Shown: in pieces, positions 13,136 to 24,463 of the stretch | Layout of the letters: every line of letters begins with the position of its first letter | Numbering within the stretch: position 1 is the stretch's first letter | Source: Anaeramoeba ignava BMAN | Taxonomy: Eukaryota > Protista > Anaeramoebae | NCBI GenBank assembly: GCA_028826165.1 | Contig: JAPDFW010000059.1 | Coordinates: 434,001-498,000, forward strand | Direction of reading: 5' to 3' | DNA: 64,000 nucleotides | Position numbers and translations under genes: made by a program | Notes under the pieces: model-generated | What the model was told of the DNA's origin: nothing | Databases searched by the model: none | What the model saw: the letters and a program-made list of their open reading frames with translations, nothing else

Positions 13136-14377
13136 TTAAACTAATTTATCATGATAAAATGCTATCATTTGTGTTGTTTGCATATAAGATTGATGAACCA
13201 AAAATAAAGGAGGAGCTAAAACATCTTGTTTTGCTTGATGGATTCTTTGTAATTTCTCTTTACAAGAATAATTTGCTTGTTCATACTTTTGTTTTGATTC
13301 TTCAGCATTTTTTTGAAGCTTTTTTTTTTATCAAAAAAATATTTCCAAAATTTTTTAATTCAATTTAATTAATTTGATTTAATTTAATTAATTTAATTGA
13401 TTTGATTTGATTTGATTTGATTTAATTGATTTAATTTAAATTAATTTAATTGATTTAATTGATTTAATTGATTTGATTTAATTTTTGAATTGATTTGATT
13501 TGATTTGATTTGATTTGATTTGATTTGATTTGATTTAATTGAATTAATTTAATTTAATTTAAATGATTTAATTTAATTTAATTAATTCAATTTAATTGAT
13601 TTAATTTAATTTGATTTAATTGATTTGATTTAATTTAATTTAATTTAATTTAATTGATTTAATTTTTTAATTTATAAAATAACTTACTTTCTCTTTTAAA
13701 TCTTTTTTCTTGCTTTTCTCTTCTTTTAAAAGTTTATTTCTTGCTACATCATAATCTAATTGTGCTGTATTTCGGTTTTTAACTTCTTGTTCTAAATCTT
13801 TCATCATTTGAATTCTTGAATCAAAAAATTTAATTGAATTTTCTTCAACAAAATCCTTTTTAAGATTTTTCATTTTGAAATTTTTTTTAATTTTAAAATT
13901 TTTGTATTTTAAAAAAAAAAAAGCAAAAATTTTACTAGAGTATTTTCAATTGATTCTGAATTATTTGCAAGAAAATCAAAAGCATTATTTTCTATTCCAG
14001 AAATTTGTGTTAAAACTTTTCCTAATTTTTTATTAATTTTCTGAAATTTTTCAAGTGATTCCATAAATTTTAAAATTCCATTTTTTCTGTTAATAAAAAA
14101 AAAATTGTTTTTTAATAATAAAGAAGAAATTTAAATTTTAAAAAGAATAATATTATCAAATTTTACAATTCTTCTGTTTCTTTTTGATCTTGTTGGAAAT
14201 TCTAATTAAAATTAAATTCAAAGTTAAATTAAAATTAAAATTAATTTTTTATTCAATTTATTTTTTATTTACAATATAAAAATCATCAAATTCTTCATCA
14301 GTTGTTTTTTCACCTTTACCCATTTTTAATTTAAATTCTTTTGTTTTATTCCCTATAGATTGTTTAAATTTTTTCAT
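13136..14377 (-). CDS. BAR-domain protein (amphiphysin/Rvs161/BIN3-like), 5 exons
   Basis: Spliced product MKKFKQSIGNKTKEFKLKMGKGEKTTDEEFDDFY...VKNRNTAQLDYDVARNKL...AEESKQKYEQAN; all four introns are GT-AG and in frame. Confidence 0.75.
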
Positions 14378-14509
14378 TTGAAAAAAAATAAAAATGAAAA
14401 ATGAAAAAATGAAAAATGAAAAATGAAAAATGAAAAATAAAATTTCTATTAATTTTTAATTTTTGAAAAGAAAAGAAAAGAAAAAAAAGAATTTGTTTTG
14501 TTTTGAGAA

Positions 14510-17499
14510 TTATAATTTGGAAAGATCCATTTCTTCAACAACATCTTTAAGGTTTTTAAGTTGTTGAAAATCAAGTTGTTTTTTTGAAGAATTTTTTTTG
14601 GTTTTTAATTTTTTTTGAAGATCAATTTTTGAAGAATTTTTTTGAGATTTTCTTTTTTTTTGATTTGATTTCTTTAAAGATTCCTGATTTGATTTCTTTA
14701 AAGATTTTTGATTTGATTTCTTTAAAGATTCTTGATTAGATTTTTGATTTGATTTCTTTAAAGATTTTTGATTTGATTTCTTTAAAGATTTTTGATTTGA
14801 TTTCTTTAAAGATTTTTGATTTGATTTCTTTAAAGATTTTTGATTTGATTCTTGTTTTTCTGAAGAAAAATTTGAAGATTCTTGAAGAAATTTTTCTTTT
14901 GCATTTTGAAGATTAATTTGATGTTTTAAATATTGAGTTAAAGGACTTGAACGAAGTTTCTTTTCCAAAGAAAGGAAATCATTGATGAGAACAGAATTTG
15001 AAGGAGCAAAAGAGATTTTGTCTCGATTTGTTTTAACAAAATCAACATTTTCCTTGATTTTATCAGCAAATTGTCTGACTTGAATAGCAAACTTTGCAAT
15101 TTTAGTGTTTTTGGAGAATTTCTTAAGAATATAAATACCAGGAACAGCCAATTCAGGAAAGGATATACGATATGAATTTGTCTCATAATGTTCAAGCAAT
15201 AAACGAAGTGCTTGTTTGATAGAATTCTCTTGAAAATATGAATTTCCAGTTTCTTTCTTAGAAACATGAAGAATAGTATTATTTGTTAGTGAAAATTTTG
15301 ATGGTTGATTTAGTTTGGCTCGTTTCTTTAATTCCGATGATTCAAAAACACTCAGAAGATATTGTGCAACAGGGATAAATGAATCTGTACATCTTGATAA
15401 AATGTTAAGTGATTGAATTATTATAAATCTCATTGGAATGTGAATTGTACTTGGAAATAATTGCATTACTCCTATTGCTATTTCTGTAATTGGAAATGAT
15501 AATTCACGAAGTGTAGAATCAGGATATTTGGAAATGATTTGAATAATTGTTCTTAATGAACTTATAAATTGCCAATTTAAAACGGACGATTTACTTTTCT
15601 ATTTAATTTTAATTTAAATTTAAATTTTAATTTCAAAATGAATTTTAATTTCAAAATGAATTTTAATTTCAAAATGAATTTTAATTTTAATTTTGATTTT
15701 AATTTTAATTTTAATTTTAATTTCAAAATGAATTTTAATTTTAATTTTAATTTTAAATTTTAGAATATACTTTAGATTTATCATTTATTGCTTTTCTTAA
15801 AATTAATCCTAATTGACGTATAAAAACAAAAAGATGTTGATAAGATGTTGTTGTATCAAGTCCAAATAAATCAGTAACGCAATTCATCATAAAATAAATT
15901 GAATTCACATTCAAAGATGTTATAAAATGGCAATTATTCATAAATGTTTTATAAGTTTTCTAAATTCAAAATTCAATTCAAAATTAAAAATTCAAAATTT
16001 AAAATTCAAAATTCAAAATTAAATTTCTTTTTTACTTTAAGACATTTTTCATAAAAATTAATTGAAATAAATTGTGCTAATTTTCTGATTATTAAAAATG
16101 CTTTAGATTGATTTTTCTGATCTTGTTCCCAAATTTTCAATAAGCTCTAAAATAACATAAAAGAATATTTTTTTATAAATTAAATTAAATTAAATTAAAT
16201 TAAATTAAATTAAGAAATACATTTAATAAAATCTCTCTGAGATTTGGATAGCAAACAACATAAGGAAGAAAATGTAAATCAATTTGAGAAAGAATATACT
16301 CTTTAACACTTGATTCTGATGGTTGATTAAGGAAATAAATTGTATAAGAAACAATTACTTTTGTTAAACCTTTAATTGATCGAAAATTTGGTAAATTTTG
16401 TGGAAGAGTTGAAACACGTTCAGGACCACTAAAATTAAATCAAATTTTATTAATAATTTCGAATGATTTTAATTATAATTTTAATTTTATAATATAAATT
16501 TTAATTTTAATTTTAATTTTAATTTTTTAATTTTAATTTTAATTTTAATTTTAATTTTAATTTTAATTTAATTTTAATTTTAATTTTAATTTAATTTTAA
16601 TTTTAATTTTAATATTTTTACAGTAATGACCATTTATCTGATTCGTAATTAATAGATTTATCAAGAAAATTCACTATTCTATCAACACAAAATAATAGGA
16701 AATCAAAGAATAATTTTGGATCTTGGAAATTAAATTGAGGAGGTTTAATATTCAATTTTTCTAATAAACTTTTTTGTTCTTTTTTTTGTTCTTTTTTTGG
16801 AACTTTAAATTTAAGTTCTTTCGAAGGAATTTGTTTGTCAGGTTGATAATGAAAAGCGCATATACTAAAATAAATTTGAAGTAATTCTTTCAATAAATTT
16901 TTTGGCATAATTTTTGAATCAGGAGCAATTTTTTTCCATTTTTCAAGATCTTCTGAATTTAAAAACTTTAATTTTGAAAAATCAACTCCAGAATTTTCTT
17001 TTTCAGAATTTTCTGTTTGAGAATCTGTTAGCATTGGATTAATAGGTTTAGGATATTGTTGATTTTCTCCTTCTTGGTCTGAATCTTCAAGATCATCTAA
17101 ATCTGGGTTATTCATATCATATTCAGAATCATCTGAATCACTAATTGATTCTAAAGCATTATGAGAAAATAATTGATTTTGTTTAGAATTTTGATTTTCG
17201 AAATCAAATTGAAAATTGTTTTCATTTTCATTTAATTCATTTTCATTTTCATTTAAATCACTTTCTGAATCACTTTCTGAATCACTTTCTAAATCATTTA
17301 ATTCATTTTCTATTTCATTTTCATTTTCATTTTCATTTTCATTTTCTAAATCATTTATTTCATTTTCTAATTCATTTTCTATTTCATTTTCTAAATCATT
17401 TTCTATTTCATTTTGATTTTCATTTTCATTTTCATTTTCATTTTCATTTTCTATTTCATTTTCATTTTCAATAACAGCAAATTTATTTTTCTTATTCAT
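14510..17499 (-). CDS. NOC2: Nucleolar complex protein 2 (Noc2/NOC2L), multi-exon
   Basis: Acidic N-terminus; YQHLFVFIRQLGLILRKA, VLNWQFISSL, ISFPELAVP, FAPSN motifs; C-terminal KKSNQ(K/E)SL repeats. Confidence 0.9.
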
Positions 17500-17611
17500 T
17501 ATTTTATTTTATTATAAAAAAAAAATGAAAAAAATGAAAATTAAAATTAAAAAAAAATTTTTTCATTTTTCTTTTTTCTTTTTTAATAAATTTTAATAAA
17601 ACAAAAAAAAA

Positions 17612-18832
17612 ATGGATTTAAAACAAACTAAACATAATATTGTTGATCGACCATTTAGCAAAGAATCACATCAAATTAATTTAAGTACATTTACTTTTCT
17701 TTTCAGTCAATTTGTACAATATTCACATGAAAGAGTTGATAATCCTGAAGCTTTTGCTGAAAGACTTTCTCGTTCAGGTCAAGCTATTGGTGTTCGTCTT
17801 TATGAATATACTTGCTTTCGTGCTGAAAAAACTCCAAAACGTGAATGTAAAGTTCAAGATATTTTGCTTTTTATTAAAAAAGAAATTTGGAAAATGATTT
17901 TTGGTCGTCCAGCTGAAGGTCTTGTTAAATTACCTGATGACCAACCTCAACATTGTAATTATTTTATAAAATTTAATTTTAATTTTAATTTTAATTTTAA
18001 TTTTAATTTTAATTTTAATTTTAATTTTAATTTTAATTTTAATTTTAATTTTAATTTTAATTTTAATTTTAATTTTAATTTTAATTTTAATTTTATAAAT
18101 TAATTTTAATTTTAATTTTGATTTTAATTTTGATTTTAATTTTAATTTTAATTTCAATATTAATTTTAATTTTATAAATGAATTTTAATTTTAATTTTAT
18201 TTTTAATTTTAATTTTAATTTTAATTTTAATTTTAATTTTAATTTTAATTTTAATTTTATAAATGAATTTTAATTTTATAAATGAATTTTAATTTTAATT
18301 TTAATTTTGAATTTAATTATAAATATAATTTTAATTTTAATTTTAATTTTAATTTTAATTTTAATTTTTTAATTTTAATTTTAATTTTAATTTTAATTTT
18401 AATTTTAATTTTAATTTTAATTTTAATTTTTAATTTTAATTTTAATTTTAATTTTAATTTTAATTTTGAATTTAATTTTAATTTTAATTTTTTTATTAGA
18501 TTATTTCCTTGAAGCAAATCAATTCGAAAATCAATTTACAACAGCTCTTTATGCAAATGGTTTAAAATGTGCTCCTTTTGTTTCAGGAATAATTAAAGGA
18601 GTTCTTGATTCTGCAAATTTTGTAAAAAAAAAAAAAAATAAAAAAATAAAAAATAAAAAATTTAATCAATAAAAATTTAATCAAAAAAAAAAATGTCAAA
18701 AAAAAAAAATAGCCGGCAGTTGTAATGGCAGCTACAATTACTCATAATGATCAAGATTCTTCAATGGATAAAAAAGTTGGTTATTTTATTAAATTTGATC
18801 CTTCAGTTTTACAAAGAGATGAAAAAATTTAA
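17612..18832 (+). CDS. TRAPPC5: TRAPP complex subunit TRAPPC5/Trs31, 3 exons
   Basis: INLSTFTFLFSQFVQYS..RLSRSGQAIGVRLYE..IWKMIFGRPAEGL | ..LKCAPFVSGIIKGVLDSANF | PAVV..IKFDPSVLQRD. Confidence 0.9.
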
Positions 18833-19096
18833 AAATTTAATTTGCAAAAAAAAAAAGAAAAGAAAAGAAAAATTAAATTTAAAATCAATTTGAAATCTTC
18901 TCAAAAATACTCTTTTTTTTTTTCTTTTGATAAAATTTTTTCAATTATTTTTTTTAAAAAAAAAGAAGAATAAGATCAATTTTAATCAATGTCAAAAATA
19001 TCTTTTTTTTTTTGATTGTTTTTTTTTTGATTGTTTTTTTTTTTGATTGTTTTTTTGATCATTTTTTTTCTTCCAAATTTTTGTTTTTTTAAAAAA

Positions 19097-20997
19097 ATGA
19101 AAAGTAATCAAAATTCACCAAAAATTCCTAAAATTAAATCTCAAATTGAAATTGGAATTGATAATTTTGATTCAAAAAATTCACAAAATCCAATTTTTAC
19201 AGAAAAAATAACATTAGAAGCTTGTTTAAAAGAAGGAATTTTACCAAAAGAATTAATTTTTATTCCTTTATCTCATTTTCAAAATGGAAAAGAAGATGGA
19301 ATAATTTCTCAAATGAAATTTGAACATTTTGAAAAAAGAAGATTGAAAAAAATTGAAGATGTAAAAAAACAAAAAGAAAAAATTTTAAGAGAAAGAGAAA
19401 AAGAAAGAGAAAAAAAAAATGAAAATGAAAATGAAAAGAAAATGAAATCAAAGAAGAAAAAGAAGAAGAAAAAGAAGAAGAAAAAGATTCAGCAATTGAA
19501 AGAGTAAGTGAAAAAAAAAATAAAAAAAAAAAGTGGAATAAAATTAAAAAAAAGTGGAAATAAAATTTTTTTTAAATTAGGAAATTAAAAGAAACCAAAT
19601 TCTCCAAAGAAGAAAAGCAAAAGAACTTGAAGATTTAATTTCTCAAGAACTCCAAAGTTTGGAAATTGAAGAAAAAAATAGAGAAAGAGAAGAAAAAGAA
19701 AGACTAGAAGATCTTAGAAAGAAAAAAGAAAAGGAAAAGAAAATTAGAAAAGCTTTGGAAATTAGAAGAGAACAAGAAGAAAAAAGAAGGAAAAAATTAG
19801 AAGAAGAAGAAAGAAAAATGCAACAAAAATATCTCGAACAACTCAAAAAATGAAATTTTGACAGCTTCTCAAATTAAAAATGCAACAAAAATATCTCGAA
19901 CAACTCCAAAAAGAAAAAGAAAGGAAATTAAAAGAAGAAGAAAAACAAAAAAAGGCAAAAAATTTAGAATTGCAAAAAAAAGAAGAAAAAGCAAAAAAAC
20001 AGAAAGAATTAATTGAGAAAATTAGGGAAAAAGAAGAACAAAAAAAATTGGAAACTGAAAAATATCTTGAAGATTTAGAAAAAAAAGAAGAAGAAAGAAG
20101 ACAAAAAATGGAAGAAATGAAAAGGAAGAAAATTGAGGAAGAAAAGAAGGTTTCAGAACAAAAATTACAAGCAATGATTGCAGCAAGAGATCGTGCAAAA
20201 AAACAATTGCTTCAAAAAACAAGAAAATTTATTGAAAGAGATCAAAAAGTAGAAGAAAGATTGAAAAGATTAGAAGAAGAAAGAAGAAAAGAAATTGAAG
20301 AGAAAATTACTTCTCAAAAACAAAAAGAAGAAATGAGACAAAATAAATTAGAAAGAGCTTCTCAAATACAAGAAATGAAAATAAGACAATTAGAAGAGAT
20401 ACAAAAACAAACTGAGCAGATAATTTCAGAGAAGAAGAATGAGCAACAACAAGAATTAATATTGAAAAGAGAAGTAAGTAAAAAATTCCAAAAAAAAAAG
20501 TGGAACAAAAAAAAATTAATCAAATTTTTTTCTTCTTTTAGAAAATTAAATTAAAAAGAAAAGCAAAAGAAGAAAATATTGAAAGAATGAAAAGAAAACA
20601 ACAATATCGAACTTCAAAACAAATGGAAAAAATTGAAAAAGATACTCAAAAAACTCAAAAACTTAAAATGAAAAGAGAAAAAATTGCTCAAATTAGAAGA
20701 GATATGAATATTCAAACTATGATTGAGAAGAAAAAAGTATTAGAAAATATTGAGAAAATTAAACAACAAGGTTTATCTTCTCTTTTTAAAAATGAAACAA
20801 CACTTGAAGATGCAATTAGATCAATAACTTCAATGTCTAATTCAAGAATAGGAACATCATTCTCACAATTAAATGAAAGAAATTCTGTTTTTTCCTCAAT
20901 TTCAAAAAGAAATCAAATTGAAAATGAAAATGAAAATGAAAATGAAAATGAAAATCAAAAAGAAAATGAAAATGAAGAAAGCAATCTTTCAATTTAA
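19097..20997 (+). CDS. Coiled-coil E/K-rich hypothetical protein, at least 3 exons, with apparent frameshift and internal duplication
   Basis: Introns at about 19504-19580 and 20473-20541; N-terminal LEACLKEGILPKEL..KFEHFEKRR block; long EK heptads. Confidence 0.6.
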
Positions 20998-21074
20998 ACA
21001 AAAAAAATAAAAAGAAAAAATTTTTTTTGGATTGTTCCACTTTTTTTTTTTTTTGCTTTTTTTAAAAAATTGTT

Positions 21075-22069
21075 TTAAAAAAATTCTTGTTTTAAATCAT
21101 TAGGCATTTCTGCAATGCAATTACCGCAATGAATGCAAGATGAACTATTAATATATGATGAATTTCTTTCAATAGAAACTTTCATTGGACAAACTCTATT
21201 AAGCATTGAATTAATATCTTCAGTTCTTTTGGATTTAATTTTGATTTTTAAAAACTTATAATCACTTGGAATTCCAAGAATAGTTCCTAAAGGACAAACA
21301 TATCTGCAAAAGAATCTTGGATAAATTGTAGATGAAATGAGTGTTGCAAGAAGTAATACAATTTTAATCCAAGCAAGTACTTTTAATTCAAAATAATTTA
21401 ATTCAAAATAATTTAATTCAAAATAATTTAATAATTTTTATAAAATACCAGAAGTAAAAAAAACACTTGGTTTCCAAAATAATGCCCATGGAATATATGC
21501 AAATAAAGTTGAAGATGGAGAAATAACATTAAAAGGGCAATCACTAAACGGCTATTAAATAAATAATTAAATTAAAATTCATTTATAAAATTTAAATTAA
21601 AATTTAAAATACATTTTTATACTCTTTTTCATAATCTTGAGAACTTAATCCAAAAAGAAAAGCAAGAAAAAGGAAAATAACAACAATTGCATATTTCAAT
21701 TCCTTAAAATTTTTCCATATCTTTTCCAAAAGAACGTTTTTTAATAGGAATATAAGCCATAAGATCTTGAACAAACCCAAGAGGACAAGCCCAACCACAA
21801 AAAAGCTTTCCAACAGTTAAACTTGTTGTTAAAATAACACCAAGTGCTAATATTGGTAAAAGTCCTGATGTCAATGAATACTCAAGTAAATCATATGCTC
21901 CTATTGCTGTTGAATAAAGTGATTGTGTTGGATGAAGAAAGGGAACAATTATACTGCTTGATTTAATCCCAAATATTTTGCTGTAAAGAAAAACAATCAC
22001 AATAATTTGTATCAAATGTCGCAAATATTGAATTTTTCTTTGTTTATTAATTTGAAAAGGCTTATACAT
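21075..22069 (-). CDS. Prokaryote-type membrane 4Fe-4S binding protein (NapH/MauN/NosR/YccM-like), 3 exons, frameshift near 21707
   Basis: Hydrophobic helices; two CxxxCP motifs (LFCGWACPLG, RFFCRYVCPLG); C-terminal RVCPMKV...SSCIHCGNCIAEMP. GT-AG introns at about 21552-21612 and 21380-21448. Confidence 0.85.
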
Positions 22070-22602
22070 TTTTTTTTTATTTTTGAAAAGAAAAAAATGA
22101 AAAAAATGAAAATTTAATTTTAATTTTAATTTTAATTTTAATTTTAATTTTAATTTTAATTTTAATTTTAATTTTAATTTTTGATTTTAATTTTAATTTT
22201 AATTTTAATTTTAATTTTAATTTTTGATTTTAATTTTGTTTTTAATTTTAATTTTAATTTTAATTTTAATTTGAATTTTAATTTCCAAATTGATTTTTAT
22301 TTTAATTTTGATTTTGATTTTTATTTTTATTTTGATTTTGATTTTGATTTTAATTTTGATTTAAATTTTGATTTTGATTTAAATTTTAATTTTAATTTTA
22401 ATTTTGATTTAATTTTAATTTTAATTTTAATTTTGATTTTGATTTTAATTTTAATTTTAATTTTGATGTTGATTTTAATTTAAATTTTAATTTTAATTTT
22501 AATTTTAATTTAAAATTTAATTTTAATTTTAATTTTAATTTAAATTTTGATTTTAAATTTTAATTTTATTAAAATAATAAAATTTAATTTTTATTTTTAA
22601 TT

Positions 22603-24400
22603 TTAATTTTTTAATTTTAAATTTTGATTTTGATTTAAGTTTTGATTATTAAATTTCTTAATTAATAAATCAAATAAATTTGGATTTGTTTGATTTAATT
22701 GAAAATAATCAATTCCAGTTTCTAATTCATCAATAATTTGTTGTGTAATTTGAATTTCATTTTTAATTTGATTTGAATAAATCCAATATTCAAATATTTG
22801 AAATGATTTATTACTTAATTCACTATAATCTGTAACTTTATTTGATTTATCTTCAGTTACAGATAAAAACATTCCTCGATATAATTCACTTCTCATTATT
22901 AATATTAATTTGGGAAATTTATATTGTTTTTCTTTTCTTTCAATAATAAAATCTTTTTCATTTTCATTTAAATAAATTCTTTTCATTGTTTCTTCAATTT
23001 TTTCATTTGAATTTATAATTTCTTTAATTTCAGAATATAATTTTGGATTTATTATTCTATTTGAATAAATCATTTCAAATATTTGATTTGATTCTTTAAT
23101 TGATTTTTTGAAATAATTTCTTGAAGTTTTTAATTTGATTTTCATTTTGATTTTTTAATCTATATTTCAATATTAATTTATGAGCTTCAATTATTTCTCC
23201 ATTTTTGGTTTTAAATGAAATATCACAAAATTCTTTTCTTTTCAAATAATTTTATCAAATCTTCTTCAAGATTGGAAAAAGAAGGAGGAGAATAATAAAG
23301 AAATGATTTTTCATTTTTGCAAAGAATATGATAATTGGAAATATCTTCATTAAATCTTAATTTAGGAAGTTCAATTTGAATTGGAATTAATTGTGTATTT
23401 GTATCTTCAGTTCCTAATTGACCATATTCATTATTTCCAAATCCAATTAATTTTGAATTAGAAGTTAAAATCAAATTATACATATTTCCAACAGAAAAAT
23501 CAAGAATATAATCATCATTTCCAAATAAAGATGATTTGATTTCAGTAAATTCATAAGTATCTTCATTTTTGCCAAGTCCATTATATCGAAAATTTCCACA
23601 TGAATAAAGTTTTCTTTTTGGATTTTCATCTTCATTTTCATTTTCAATCAACATTATTGAATGAAACCCTCCACATTTAATATCAATTATTTTGCCTTTT
23701 GGAATATTTTGGATTTTGGTTAATTTTTGGATTTTTAGTTCATATCTTCTTGATTCTCCTAATCCAAGTTGATTAAATCCATTATCACCACATCCAAATA
23801 ATTCTTGATTTGAATTTAAAAGAAAAATACAATCTGAAGTATTTCCTGAAAATATTTTAGAAACATTTTTCATCATTAAAATTGGTTTTTCTGTTTTTTT
23901 AAGTGTTTCAGAATCAAAACCAAGTTGACCATATTCATTTGAACCAAATCCATAAGCATTTTGATTTGAAGTTAATAAGTAAATTGATTTGTATCCAGAA
24001 ACAATATCTTGAATTACTCTATCATCTGTATCTTTAATTAATGATGAAATATTAATAAATTCTTTTGGATTAATATTTTCTCCTTTGGCAAATACATTTC
24101 CTTCTATTGTTAAAATAGCTTCGTTTTCAATACCAACAGTTACTTTTTGAATATTTTCAATTTGGATTTTTTCAGGATTTTGATTTGAATCTCTTTCTTT
24201 TAAATATTCTATTGCTTTTCCATTTTTAAAAAGGAAAATTGTTGAAAAATAACTTGATGAAATTTGTTTAATTTGTTTTTCATTTTCATTTTCATTTTCA
24301 TTTTCAAATTTAAATTGAATTGGTTTTGTTATTTTTTATTTGGTTCATTTTTGAAAAGAATTGGATTTTGATTTCTTCCAAAAAATATAATTTCATTCAT
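22603..24400 (-). CDS. RCC1-repeat + BTB protein (several homopolymer frameshifts)
   Basis: RCC1 repeats (GSNEYGQLG, GDNGFNQLG, GNNEYGQLG, CGGFHSI); BTB-type CDISFKT..AHKLILKYR and RSELYRGMFLSV..DKSNKVTDYS. Confidence 0.8.
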
Positions 24401-24463
24401 TTTTTAAAAAGAAAAAAATGAAAAAATGAAAATTTAAAAATTTAAATTTTAATTTGTTTTTGT

